Assembly (NCBI GenBank): GCA_025594325.1 | Contig: JANHCV010000015.1 | Coordinates: 930,001 to 994,000, forward strand | DNA from: Blastocladiella emersonii ATCC 22665 | Taxonomy: Eukaryota > Fungi > Blastocladiomycota | Reading direction: 5' to 3' | Length of the DNA: 64,000 nucleotides | In this document: in pieces, positions 34,664 to 46,442 of the stretch | How positions within the stretch are numbered: the stretch's first letter is position 1 | Layout: each line of letters opens with the position of its first letter | Made by a program: the position numbers and the translations under genes | The notes under the pieces: generated by a model | Told to the model about the DNA's origin: nothing | The model's input: only the letters and a program-made list of their open reading frames with translations | Database searches by the model: none

Positions 34664-35704
34664 CTAGTTGGCGGGCGCCCCGACAAGCTCGTGGTACGTG
34701 GACAAGAGCTCGTCCCCATCAGCGACTTCGCGTGTCGTAACCAGCGCAACCATCTGGAGCGAGCCGCTGCCGCACCTGGGCGACTCAACGTCGGGTTTAT
34801 AGTTCGGCCCTGCGAGGGTCGGATACGTGCTTGGATCCCGTGGCCGGTACGGCGCGTTTGGCAGAAACTGGTGCAGGTGGAGCGGGAGGCTTCCAAGCGG
34901 CATGTCAAACTCGAGGTAAGTAACTTTATACGACAGGGAGGCGCGAGTTAGTTTGGCCAACGGTTGGAAAATGGCGGCGGCCGGGAGTACGCACCGTTTG
35001 CCGGTGCCCCAGGCATCCCATTGTTGATGAACTGGCCAATCGCGAGCGGATTGCTTCTCGTAGAGCTCCGGGTCAGTCTCGTTGGGGGAGAAGTCGGCTG
35101 AGCTGGCGTACCGTAGCAACTTGTCGTCAGGGAGCTGCCATGACGCGTCACACGGCGGATACAGAGTGCCCGGCCAGTGGTAGCGACGCACGAGTCCCTG
35201 GTACACCCATTTCGAGAGTCCGCGTGGCTTCCCATCGATCATGCTCCCATCTGCGCGTCGCAAGACGTAGGCGTTCGCGATGCTCGCAACGAGGACCGGG
35301 TCCGTTGCTTCGTAGACCGTGCCAGGGTACAGGGCGATCACCTGCCCCGCTGGTACGGTCATGGCCTTCATGGACTTGATGGGAGACCGCGCAAACACGC
35401 CAGTGCCCGCGTTCGGAAGCAAGCTTGGCCCACGGCCCGGAATCAAGTGGACCTGGGTCGACGCTGCCGCTTGATGTAGACTGTACCCGGCCTGGGGCAA
35501 CGGACCGCTGTAGCGGCCCTGTTCGCAAGTCCACAAAACATCGAGCACACGCCCGATCTGCTTGATGATGTCCTCGCGCCGGACCTGCATGGACTGCGCT
35601 GGCGCCTGCCCTGGCCCTCGTCCGAGCCCTGCGCCATTGTAGCTCGGGGCAACCAACATCCGCAGCGCCTGGAGTGGATAAAATCGCTTAAGATAATTTT
35701 TCAT
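34664..35704 (-). CDS. SET-domain protein, SETD9-like (2 introns near 35110-35055 and 34995-34925)
   Basis: AGTGVF...VIALYPGTVY...SIANAYVLRRADGSMIDG..RGLSK.VY. After splicing it continues NPLAIGQFINN...ANVTYLEFD...VALVTTREVADGDELLSTY, matching SETD9 motifs. Confidence 0.8.
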   Translation of the reverse strand: MKNYLKRFYPLQALRMLVAPSYNGAGLGRGPGQAPAQSMQVRREDIIKQIGRVLDVLWTCEQGRYSGPLPQAGYSLHQAAASTQVHLIPGRGPSLLPNAGTGVFARSPIKSMKAMTVPAGQVIALYPGTVYEATDPVLVASIANAYVLRRADGSMIDGKPRGLSKWVYQGLVRRYHWPGTLYPPCDASWQLPDDKLLRYASSADFSPNETDPELYEKQSARDWPVHQQWDAWGTGKRCVLPAAAIFQPLAKLTRASLSYKVTYLEFDMPLGSLPLHLHQFLPNAPYRPRDPSTYPTLAGPNYKPDVESPRCGSGSLQMVALVTTREVADGDELLSTYHELVGAPAN

Positions 35705-35863
35705 TAAATTCGCTTTACCGAGGAGGGAGCTTGAGGATCGACCACGGCAAAGGCCCTTGAGTTGCTCACGCCCACGTGCCCCCGTGGCGCTGTCGGCGCG
35801 ACGCCGCCGTCGTCGCGGCCGCTCCCTTCGACCAAATCCACCCCGCGATCCTCTTGCCGAACC

Positions 35864-36990
35864 ATGGAGAGTCGTTCGAGTACTCGCAGCAACATGGACA
35901 CGCCGACGTCGCCGTCCATCGCACCTGCGAGCGGCACCGCCTACAATGTCGAGCACCCCGACTACTTTGACGCAGCTCCGTGCCCGCCTGGGCTCTCCGC
36001 CGCAGAGGCCGAGATCAACTCCTTCCTCGCGCATCAGGTTTCGTGCGGACGCCCCGTTGCCCTCGTCACGTCCGGCGGCACGACGGTCCCCCTCGAAAAG
36101 CAAACCGTCCGCTTCCTTGACAACTTCTCTGCCGGCACGCGCGGAGCAACGTCCGCCGAGTACTTTTTGCGCGCCGGATACGCTGTGGTGTTCCTGCACC
36201 GCCAGTACTCGCTTCGCCCGTTCTCGCGCCACTACACCCACACCCGCGAGACTCTCTTCGATATGCTCGACGTGACACCCGATGGCCGTGTGCAGATCCG
36301 TCCCGACCTCGAGGCCCGCACTCGCGCCGTGCTCGAGGAGTATCGCGCTGCCATCGCCGGCCACGCCCTCCTCAGCATCGAGTTCACCACGATCGACGAT
36401 TACCTGTTTCTCCTTCGGTCCTGCGTCACTCGCATTGACGCTGCCATTGGGGCTCGCGCTCTCTACTACCTCGCCGCTGCCGTCTCCGACTTTTATCTGC
36501 CGCCCGAAAAAATGGTCGTCCACAAGATCCAGTCGCGTGGTGGCGCCCTCGCGCTCACGCTTGACCCGGTCCCAAAGCTCCTTCGGCCTCTGGTCTGCGA
36601 GTGGGCGCCGCACGGCTACGTTGTTTCGTTCAAGGTACTGCCCCGCGCCAGGCACTCAGTCGAGTGAAGTTGACTAACAGTCCCCTCTATCCATTGCTGC
36701 CCTCTCTGGGTTTATAGCTCGAGACTGATCCATCTCTCCTTGAGAGCAAGTCGCGCCAGGCGCTCGACCGTTACGGCCACCAGTTGGTCATCGGAAACAT
36801 GCTTCGGACCCGCAAGCACCTGGTGTACTTCATCTCGGTCGCGGCAGATGGGACCACCACGCAAATGGAGCCGATCCAACTCATGCCTGAGGAGGTGGCC
36901 GCAGGGGTCGAGATTGAGTCGCACATTGTCCCGGACCTCGTCCGTCGCCACGGTGATTGGATGTCGCGTACGGTTCCCCGGTCGTCATGA
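35864..36990 (+). CDS. CAB2: Phosphopantothenate--cysteine ligase (intron 36635-36717)
   Basis: VALVTSGGTTVPLE..TVRFLDNFSAGTRGATSAEYF, YLAAAVSDF, HKIQS, VSFK|LETDP, VIGNML. Confidence 0.93.
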
Positions 36991-37078
36991 ATAGAAAAGA
37001 GAGAGAAATGTACTATTGTATTCGGGACTTGACCTATTGGGATCAGTAACATGCGAGTAGGTTGGGTTTGGCAGAGTC

Positions 37079-38464
37079 TCAGCGCGCTGCAACCTTGACA
37101 TCGATGTAAAGGCGGACGGGGGTTCCACCAAGCGCTTCAGTCAGGGCGGCGGCGGCCGAATCTTGAACTTGGCGTACAAGCAGTCCGCCTTTGCCAACGA
37201 CAATCTTTTCCTGACCAGGTCGATCGACGCGAATTTCCTGCACAATGTACAGCTCGCCCGACGGAAGGGTCTCCCAGACGACGGTTTCCTGGCGAAGCGC
37301 ATACGGCAAGTAGCCGTACAACTTCCCGTAAAATCCTTGGCGGATGAACTGGGCTAGCAGCGACTGCGGCGCGGCATCCGTGCGCACGTCCGGCGGGAAG
37401 AGGTGATCGCGCTGCTTGGCCAGTGAGTCAAGATGCGAGCGCAGCGGACCAAGGCCCCACTGAAGATTAGCCGAAACAAAGTACGTTGGGCAACCAGGGT
37501 TACCTTCGTGGTGGCCCTCCAGCGGACGATACGTCTTGATAAGGAAGGAAACTGCTTGAGCGAGAGTCTGCGTGGCCGGAGCGTCGGTGCTGTCCTCTGC
37601 CGTGGCGAGTCGCGGGGAGGCCCGAATCGCAGCGCTTGAGGACAGGAATACCCCCGGTCCTGACTCGGGGGTAAACATCGCCATCGCCGCCTCAAGGGAC
37701 GATTCGCTTTCGCCTTCCCGAGGCGAGCGCAGCAAGAGCTGGTCAATCTTGTTGAACACGACCGTAACGGGGAGCTTGTACTCGGTGAGGCGGCGGAAGA
37801 GGTACGATTCGATGGGCGCGGTGCCAGACTTGTAAAGAAGCTTTGCCGCATCAAGGACGACGAGAATGTGCTCGGCGTTGGGCAGAGACGCCCACGACGC
37901 GTTGATAACGCCGCGGGAAACCTTGGCGCGGTGCTTGGGATCAACAATGCCAGGAGTGTCAAGGAACACAATTTGAAGCGGCCCGTCGGTGATAACGGCA
38001 TGTATACGCTCGCGGGTTGTCTGCGCGCGCGGGCTAACGATTGAAATGTCTTTGCCCACTAGCGCGTTGACGAGCGACGACTTGCCAGCGTTTGCGGGAC
38101 CCAGGACAGCCGTTTGCAAGAGCCGAGCATTCTCTGGCTGCTCGAGCGGGGCCGCAACATGCGGAAGCGATTGAAGGACACCCGGTCGCGATATAGGCCG
38201 TGGAAACAGGTTGGTCAAGGGTGATCTCGGGGCGGTGCTCGCGGCTGGCTGATTGCCATCGGTGACAGGGTGAAGGCTGCTGTCAACGAGGACGTCCTCC
38301 TCAGAAGCAGACGTAAGCTCTGTGTCAGTGGCGGGTGCGACCTTGGGTTGCGCTAAGCCTGCCCTGAGCTTGGCACGGGCCATGATTGACATGGGGCGAG
38401 CCGAAGCGCTCAACGGGCGGCCTGCTTTCAGCAAGGCGGTTGTGATACATTGGCGAACGATCAT
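37079..38464 (-). CDS. Era-family GTPase with KH domain, likely mitochondrial (ERAL1-like)
   Basis: G1 GPANAGKSSL, G2 QTTR, G3 FLDTPG, G4 FNKID, C-terminal KH-like segment IVVGKGG, and a presequence-like N-terminus. Confidence 0.88.
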   Translation of the reverse strand: MIVRQCITTALLKAGRPLSASARPMSIMARAKLRAGLAQPKVAPATDTELTSASEEDVLVDSSLHPVTDGNQPAASTAPRSPLTNLFPRPISRPGVLQSLPHVAAPLEQPENARLLQTAVLGPANAGKSSLVNALVGKDISIVSPRAQTTRERIHAVITDGPLQIVFLDTPGIVDPKHRAKVSRGVINASWASLPNAEHILVVLDAAKLLYKSGTAPIESYLFRRLTEYKLPVTVVFNKIDQLLLRSPREGESESSLEAAMAMFTPESGPGVFLSSSAAIRASPRLATAEDSTDAPATQTLAQAVSFLIKTYRPLEGHHEGNPGCPTYFVSANLQWGLGPLRSHLDSLAKQRDHLFPPDVRTDAAPQSLLAQFIRQGFYGKLYGYLPYALRQETVVWETLPSGELYIVQEIRVDRPGQEKIVVGKGGLLVRQVQDSAAAALTEALGGTPVRLYIDVKVAAR

Positions 38465-38612
38465 GGCAGAGTCCTTGGGATCAATTACGAGCGTTGCATC
38501 ACATCAAGTTGAGCGAGTGTCTGCGGATCAGGCCAAGGACGGACGAGGGAATAGGGGAAGGGGCGGCCCGCGGGCCAGCGGGTCAGCCGGCAGGCCTGGC
38601 TGCGCATCACAT

Positions 38613-41192
38613 GATGCTGAAGCAGGATCGTCTCACGGACGCGGCCGCCGTCCTCCTCTCCGCGACGCACATCCCCTGTCTCGGCTCGCTTGGGTCCTTC
38701 TCACTCTATGCAACGGCGCATGTAATCTCTCGAACGTCACCCATGAAACTCGTCTCGCATCCCGAAGGATTTTGGCTATGGATGACGCAGGTCGATGCTG
38801 CTGCGGCCTGCGCCGCGGCCGCCGCCGTCGCACTTGTCTCCCTCGGCCAGGTCGTCGCATATGTGCACCTTGCACAGCAGCGTGCGCTTCTCGCTGCCGC
38901 GCTTCCGGGTAATGGGGCGATGCATTCCGCGGAGCCCTGGGCACAATCGCACAGGGGAACGACGCACCTCTCGTGGGGTCACGACACGTACTGGTCCAAC
39001 CGGCCATTGCTTCCACCAATGAGTGCTGGGCGCGCATTCCTGTACCAGGCGGTCGATCTCGTGTGCTTGATGGGAGCGTGGATAGTCTACGTTGGCTCGT
39101 GGATTCCCTGGTTCTTTTCCGTGGTCGCATTTGTCGCCCGCAGTGTGTTTTGCTTCCTCAGCGACGAGATTCCGCTCCGCGTGCGCCTTACTCTGCAGCT
39201 GCTACGACGCAAGGGATTGGTTAGTACGTAAGACCCAAACCTGCACTGGGATACGCTTCAATCGCCGTCCTAACGACATAACGCGTAACCTCGGCCAATC
39301 ATTGTTGTGTAGAGTTTGCGCTTTGCACCGTGACGGTCACCGCAAGCTACCTTGCGAGCGATCTTACTGGCGCCCTGCTGGTCACGTTCTTGAGCGCCAG
39401 CTTCTGTACGTGATCTTACAGAACGTGCAATGCGTTGCACCGCGGGAAATGATCGGCGACTGACATGTCAAATCCAACTTCGCTAGACTTCTCCACTTAC
39501 GGCGACCGAGAGGACCCGCTCTCCCCCGGCACGCCGCGGCCAACCTTTGTGCAGCGGTATCGCACCGCAACCGGCCGCCGTCAAATTCGCTTTCCCGATA
39601 CGCCTAGCCGGCCAAAGGTGCAGTTTCCCAATTTTGCCGCACAATTCGAGCCTCGCCAAGTGAATGAGGGCGACCACCTTCCATTTCTCTCGCTCGACGA
39701 GACTGCGCCTTTTGGCCCACTCCACGACGATGAGCTTCAACCCAATCACCTCTGGGAGTCGAACTTGCAGCCTGTTGCACACGCCCACAGCTACTTTGGC
39801 CCTGCGCGCGAGGCCGACTCTGCACCTGCGCAGCATCATCCGCACAATGCTGCTTGGCCATACCAGCAGCAGCAACAGCAGCAGCAACATCAGCAGCAAC
39901 AGCAGGAACATCAGCAGTATCACGTCGCACCTCTCCAACATGGCCCGCCTCAGCCCCAGCCTTTCTCGCAGACGGTGCCAGCCCAAGGCCGGCCAGCAAT
40001 GGCTCAAGCTGGAATTCTGCGGACAGGACGTAGCCCACTTGTTCGTCGCAGTCCTGCCTTGTCTCGTGTCGCACTTCAGCCTTCTGGTCACGCTGCAAAC
40101 CGCGTTCGTGTCGGGACTCGTCTCGCCAATTCCGCCGCGACAAAACCAACTGCCCCAAGGCTGGCCCAGGCTTCTCAAGCCAGTCGCGGACCGCAGCTTG
40201 CGCGCGGCGTCAGCAAGACCGGCGTGGTTAATCCCGGCGCCAAGGGTCCTATTTCGTTGTCCGCGTCGACGACTTACCTGCCGAGTCTTATTGGCGAGTC
40301 CCCTGCCAAGAAGTTCCGCCCAACGGCCGTCTCCGCGAAACCCGATGCCCAACAACGGTCTGGCCTGAAGCAACCAGCTCCCACCCGCTTCAATCGCACG
40401 CTTAAGGGTGCGAGCGCGTCTACTACTGGTCGCACACTTCAGCAGCAACAACAAATGCAGCAACAACAAATGCAGCAACAACAAATGCAGCAACGACAGC
40501 AACAGCAACAGCAGCAGCAGCAACAGCAGCAGCTCCAACAGCAGCCAGCGCCGCCGGCATGGGGCTTAAACTCAAACTTTTCGTCGGCCCAAAATGGCCA
40601 GGCGACGGGCGGCATCAGCTTGCTGGATCTCGGGCCCGACAGCATGCCACCGCCAGCTGGCCGTCAGCTCGCATCCACTCCGTACGTGCCAATCCGTCCC
40701 TCACGCCTCCGCTTCGCTACGCATGCAAGCAGTATCTCATCCAACGAAAGTCCTGCAATCCATAGCAGCGGCTTCGGAGGCAGGATGCCCCTCATGCAAG
40801 CGGCCGTCCAACCCTCGCAGCAGCAACAGCGTCAGCAGCAATCGCAGTTTCAGCACCAAGGCCAGCAGCTCCAGCAGCAGCAAGCTTTCCAGCAAGCCGC
40901 GCCAGCTCCATCGGGTCGCGGCTTCGCGTGGCAGGTCGACTTGTCACGGCCTCCTCCACCCCCGCCCGGCCGAGAAAATGCTGCCTTCTCCGTCTTCCCC
41001 GCTGAAGTCAGGTCGCCGAACGATAAGGAGCTCTTCGAAATCACCGGTTCGGTTGTTAACAACCTTCAGCGACAGCAGCAGGCTCTCGAAGCGCAGCGAA
41101 AGCAAGAACAGCAACAAATCGCTTGGAATGCTCGACAGCAACCTGGTGCTGGGATGCCGCCGACCTACGGCGATCAATACTACCACCAATAA
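38613..41192 (+). CDS. Hypothetical multi-pass membrane protein with a long Gln/Pro-rich tail (ORFs 38494-39231 and 39465-41192 probably joined by introns 39224-39312 and 39406-39486)
   Basis: Both inferred introns have GTACGT donors, CTAAC/CTGAC branch sites and TAG acceptors, with matching phase 1. The spliced sequence reads KGLVKFALCTVTVTASYLASDLTGALLVTFLSASFYFSTYG. The start codon is uncertain. Confidence 0.6.
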
Positions 41193-42011
41193 ATGAACTT
41201 GGATGACGAGATCAACATATGAGATTCGCAACGCTTGAGTGTCGAAGCTTGGACTTCAGCGGGTGGTGGTTCAGGCGCGGAGGCTCCTCTGGACGCCAAC
41301 TCATAGTAGTCATTACGCAGTGGGTGAAAAAGGGTTCATTCCAGCATTCGAACTGACTAATCATGATGTACACGGGCTGTAAAGAGAGGGGGAGAGGGGA
41401 CAGAGCGGAGGGGTGAAGGAGCGGGAAGAGTGGGCCGGGTGAATGAGCTCTAGCGCTGGCCGCCAAAGAGACCGCCAAAGAGAGAGAATTTACGCGAAGG
41501 TTCGGGTTCGGAGGCAGTGTCGCTGCCAGCCGAAGCAGTAGCCTCAGGGGATGTCGGGGAGTCGGTATGCACGGGGGGTTCCTGCTCCGCGTCGGCGCGA
41601 GCGTGATCATACTAGACACGCGATTCGAGAAGATGAGCGTTAGTTACTATGCCCTGTGACTGTGATCAGAAAATGGGGCGCTGGCGTTTGAGGAAAGGGC
41701 GCGGGGGGCGCAAGGGATGGGTGGTGATGGTGGCGGGAGGGAGCGGTCGATACGAGCAAACCCTGCCGTGGAACAATCGGCAGTGGATCAAGCAACTACT
41801 ATTTGGAGGCAGAACGGGAGGGATGGAGAGCACCAATGGCGCCAGAGGGGTGGGTAAAGCGGGTCGAGTATAGGGCGTTGATAGTTTCGGCGGGACAGAG
41901 GGGCAGGTTTGCTGTGGAGGGAGGTCGGGTGGGCTCAGCGGGAGGCAGAGATGGGCCAAGACGGCGCGAGGACGAGGGACAAAGAGTCGAGCAAGCACCT
42001 AAAGGCAAAAC

Positions 42012-45000
42012 TCATACGTCGAAGATCGGGGTCCCGTTGTCGACGTCCTTGACGCTGAGCGTGGCGCCGAAAAGAGCCTCGGAGAGAAGCTGGCGCTCCT
42101 CCTTGACGTGAAGCTTCTTCTTACCGGTGGCAACCGCACCCGACGGGTTACGGCCGGCGAAGAGGACGGGCGAAGACAGCGGCTGTCCGTAGCTAGTGCT
42201 CTGCTGGACGAGGTGGGCATAGCGCGCCTGGGCGTCGGCGTGATGGGTCGAGTGGCGCAGGGCAGTGGCGATGCGGGGCTCGACAAAGGTCCAGGGACCC
42301 ATGTTCATGGGCTCCTCCTGGACCCACTTGACGCGGGCATTGGGGTACTGGTCAACAAAGTCGCGGACCTTGTCGAAGGGGAAGGGCGTGAACTGCTCGA
42401 TGCGGGCAATGGCAACGTCCTTGACCTGGTTCACCTCGCGAGCGCGCAGAAGCGAGTAGTAAACCTGGCCAGCGCAAAGGACGACCGTTTTGATCTCCTC
42501 GGGAGCGGCAATGGACTCGGGGGCAATCTCCGGGATGAAGCGCTGGAAACGAGTGCCCGCCACCATGTCGGCGAGGGACGAGCGAGCGAGAGGGTGGCGC
42601 AGCAGCGACTTAGAGAAGGGCAGGATGAGGGGCTTGCGGAAGTCGCGGTGGATCTGGCGGCGCAGGGCATGGAAGTAGTTGGCAGGCGTCGAAGGGTAGA
42701 CGACCTGGATGTTGCAGTCCTGGTGCTGGCGCGACATCTCCTGGGGCGAGGGGAACTTGAACGGGTCCTCGTCGGCGAGCTGGAGGAAGCGCTCGATGCG
42801 GGCCGACGAGTGCTCGGGACCCTGGCCGTCAAAGCCATGGGGCAAGTTCATGACGAGGCCGGTGCGCTGGAGCCACTTCTTCTCGCCCGAGGCGACGAAC
42901 TGGTCGATGATGACCTGGGCCGTGTTGGCAAAGTCACCGAATTGGGCTTCCCAGATGACGAGCGAGTTGGGGTTGACGAGCGAGTAACCGAGCTCGAAGC
43001 CCAGAACGCCGTACTCGGAGAGCGACGAGTTGGACACGGTGAAGGCGGCCTGGTCGGGCGACAGGTCGTTGAGTGCCGTGTAGGTGCCCTCGGTCTTCTG
43101 GTCGTGCAGGACTGCGTGGCGCTGCGAGAAGGTGCCGCGTTCCACGTCCTGGCCGGAGAGGCGAACATGGGTGCGCTCCATGAGGAGCGAGCCAAAGGCA
43201 AGGGCCTCGGCCGTCGACCAGTCAATGCCGTCGCCCTCCTGGATAGTCTTGGAGCGGTTCTTGAGGATACGGTTGAGCAGGTTGTGGATGTTGAAGCCCT
43301 CGGGGTAGGACGAGACCTTGCCGCCGATCTGCGACAGCAGCTCGCGGTCGACGCCCGTGTCGCGGGCAGGGACAATCTCGTCGGCGAGCTCCTTGGGCGA
43401 CTTGAAGCCGTGCCAGTTGGAGGAGACCCAGTCCTTGGGGGTCGGAGTGTACTCCTTGGACTTCTCGTAGCTCTCCTCGAGCAGCGACCAGACGCGCTTC
43501 TTGATGGCCTCGATCTCGTCGGCCGTGAAGGAGCCCTCGGTGAGCAGCTGCTGGACGTACTTGTCGAGGACGGGGACCTGCTTAGAGATGGTCTTGTACA
43601 TGCGCGGCTGAGTGAAGGAGGGCTGGTCGATCTCGTTGTGCCCGTGGCGGCGATAGCACACAATGTCGATGACGACGTCCTTCTTGAAGGTCTGGCGCCA
43701 CTCGGCGGCGAGATTGCAGGCGAACACGACAGCCTCGACGTCGTCGCCGTTCACGTGGAGGATGGGCGCGCCGACGGTCTTGGCCACGTCCGAGCAGTAG
43801 GGCGTGGAGCGCGAGAAGCGCGGGTCCGTGGTGAAGCCGATCTGGTTGTTGACAATGATGTGGACGGTGCCGCCCGTGGCGTACGACTTGAGGTCGGCGA
43901 AGCCGAGCGTCTCGTAGACGACGCCCTGGCCGGCAAAGGCGGCGTCGCCGTGGAGGAGGACGGGCATGGCCTTGCTGCGCTCGTTGTCGCCGGCGTAGAA
44001 CTGGATGGCGCGGGTCTTGCCCTCCACCACGGGGTTGACGGCCTCGAGGTGCGAGGGGTTGGCGACGAGCGAGAGGTGGACGCGCTTGCCCGAAGGGGTG
44101 GGGCGGTCGTAGTTCATGCCGAGGTGGTACTTGACATCCCCCGAGCCCTCGGCCACGTTGGGCTCGACGGTGCCCGAGAACTCGCAGAAGATGGACTCGT
44201 TCGGCTTGCGCACAACGTTGCTGAGGACGTTGAGGCGGCCGCGATGGGGCATGCCCATGACGACGCTCTCGACGCCGAGGTCGACGGAGCGATCAATGAG
44301 GGCCTTCATACCGGGGATGAGCGACTCGCAGCCCTCGAGGCCAAAGCGCTTCTCCGAGGGGTACTTTTGCGCAACGAAGCGCTCGAACGAGTCAGACCAG
44401 GCGAGGCGGTCGAGGATCATGGCCTTGTCGGCCTTGGAGAACTTGACGCGGTTCGGGATCTCGACGCGCTCGCGCAGCCAGTCGCACTGACCGCGGTCGG
44501 GGATGTGGGCGTACTCGATGCCGAGGGTGCTGCAGTACGTGTCCTTGAGGCGGGCGACAATCTCGCGCAGGGTGAGCTGGGGCGACTGAGTGCGGAAGCC
44601 GGGCAGCATGCCGGGGCCGAGCGAGAACTTGCGGTCGAGGTCGGCGTCGGTGAAACCGTAGTACTTTGGGTCGAGCTCGGGCGGCGTGGTGGGGTCGAGG
44701 TCCGCATCGTGGATGCCGAGCGGGTCGAGCTGGGCGAGCTGGTGGCCGCGGACCTGGTGGGCGCGGGCGAGCAGCTGGACCTTGAGGTGGTCGGCGATCT
44801 CCGAGGGGCTAGCGCCGGCGCCGGCGGCGGGCTCGGCAAAGTTGGCGAGCGGCAGGGTGGCGGAGCCCTCGAGGCCGAGCGTGGGCGGTGCGGCAAAGGC
44901 GTGGCCGCGCGGGGCGCCCTTGGCGACGTTGGCAAAATAGGTCTGCCACGAGACGTGGACCGAGGCGGGGTCGCGCTGCCACGCGGCGTACATCTCGTCG

Positions 45001-45265
45001 ACGTAGTTGGCCGAGGCGCCGGCGAGGAAGCCCTCGTTGTCGGCGGCGGTGGCGGCGTAGTGGCGGCGGGGCAGGGCGCGCAGAGCGGCCGAAGCGGGGC
45101 TATGCGTGGCGGGGGGTGCGCGAGAGGTCGGGTGGACGGTCAGCATGCGATCGGGCAGCGTCGCGCGGCGTTGGGGGCATCAGAGGCGTACCGCGGCACC
45201 AGGGCGGCCGGCGAGCGGCGGGCGAGCGCCCGCGCGGTCGATGCCAGTAGCAGGCGCGAGGACAT
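42012..45265 (-). CDS. KGD1: 2-oxoglutarate dehydrogenase E1 (intron 45191-45100)
   Basis: [77 protein letters not shown]. Confidence 0.98.
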
Positions 45266-45734
45266 GGCGGCGGAGGCGGGGGTTGGGCGGGCGGGCGAAG
45301 CCCAGGCTAGAGCGATCGGTGGGAGAGCTTGGCGCAGCACGGGGCGCGCGGTGTATGCATTCACGGCGGAGCGTGAGGGGCGATTGCGGGCCGCGAGGAG
45401 GGCGGGGGAGAGGAGCGCGAGTCGGCGCGCGCGGCGGTCGGCGAGGCGGCAGTGGCAGGGACCTTCGGTTTGCCTGCCCCCTTTGTTGTGGAGGCGCAAA
45501 ATAGCCACGCGCGGAAATCCGGTTTTGCCCGAGACCGCCTCTGCGTCATCGCACGTGACCCCGCTCGCGGCCGAAACGCGGTCGGCCGCAGCTCGGGACG
45601 GAGGCTCGGCAAGGTACACACAAAAAAAAATGACGACGAGTATATGTATGATTGGGGGATCGACTCGAACCAGTCACGCCGGTGCGCGCCGCTCACAGTG
45701 GGAAGGAACTTACGCGACCGTCGCTCGTGAGCGC

Positions 45735-46117
45735 TCAGGCGGTTGGCGGCGTGGTGGGCTTGGGGACGCGCACAGCGTTGAGCGTCACGTTGGGATCAAA
45801 CGAACTACACGAGGCGATATCGGTACGACCGCAGCAGGTGGGATCGTTGGCGACGGCCAGGTCAGCGGCGCTGCAACCACATGGAGCAAGTGGGGAGGCG
45901 GCCAAACGCACCGCTGGCACTGCTCGTAGGCGATGCCGAGACCGATGCCGCTGGAAAGCGCAACCGGCCACGTGCGCTTGCGGAACAGCAGCACCGACGT
46001 GACGATCCCCACCGACGTGGCCGCGCCGACCTTGAGGACAAAGTTGGACAGGCAGCGGTCCCACTTGCGCGCGAGCACCTCCTCGGCGGGTATCGCCGCT
46101 CCGGCTTCAGAGTTCAT
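45735..46117 (-). CDS. MIC10: MICOS subunit Mic10 (one intron)
   Basis: EEVLARKWDRCLSN, two TMs with Gly motifs (GAATSVG; SSGIGLGIAY), FRKRTWP loop, and spliced tail SFDP. Confidence 0.9.
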
Positions 46118-46442
46118 GTGTGCGTTCATCGTAGCAGTGGCCGTTTGTCGGAAGCAGGCCGGCAGTTGGGCGCCCGGAGACGGGATGCAAGGAGGGGGTG
46201 CGGCAGCAGGCGTTCCGGCGGTCGCTGGTCGGCGGCCTGTGGTCGTGTGAGGTGGCGTGACACGTCCGCCCCGCTGGAAAGGCGAGGAGATCAGCGGCCC
46301 TCGCTCGCCTCGTCCGACGTGCCGCTCGCTAGCGAAGCGATCCTACCCGCTGCTTGCAACGAAATCGCCGCTATACACCACCTGCCTTGGCCTTGCGCGG
46401 TAAAGCCTCCTCCCCCGCCCGCCCCGTTGCACCTTCGGCACC

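Noticed and set aside
35705-36655. N-terminal 316 aa of the 663-aa ORF 34664-36655
   Set aside because: This part is antisense to CAB2. The SET gene most plausibly starts at 35704.
41212-41619. Minus-strand ORF with an intron-like pyrimidine-rich segment (GTAAAT at 41493 to TACAG at 41377)
   Set aside because: It has no codon bias or homology and lies between convergent 3' ends. It could be a UTR or non-coding transcript, but is unsupported without RNA data.
42108-45929. 1273-aa plus-strand ORF, and similar long antisense ORFs (e.g. 7079-8932, 8130-9839, 17228-18370, 31275-32888)
   Set aside because: They are shadows of real genes on the opposite strand. Extreme C/G third-position bias removes antisense stop codons, and the translations show no domain motifs.
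13372-46117. Cluster of mitochondrial genes (TIM21, YME1, SETD9-like, Era, KGD1, MIC10) and co-location of NOT4 with a Caf120-like gene
   Set aside because: Six of about 24 genes, interspersed with unrelated genes, is compatible with chance. No shared motif was seen; it would need synteny or co-expression evidence.
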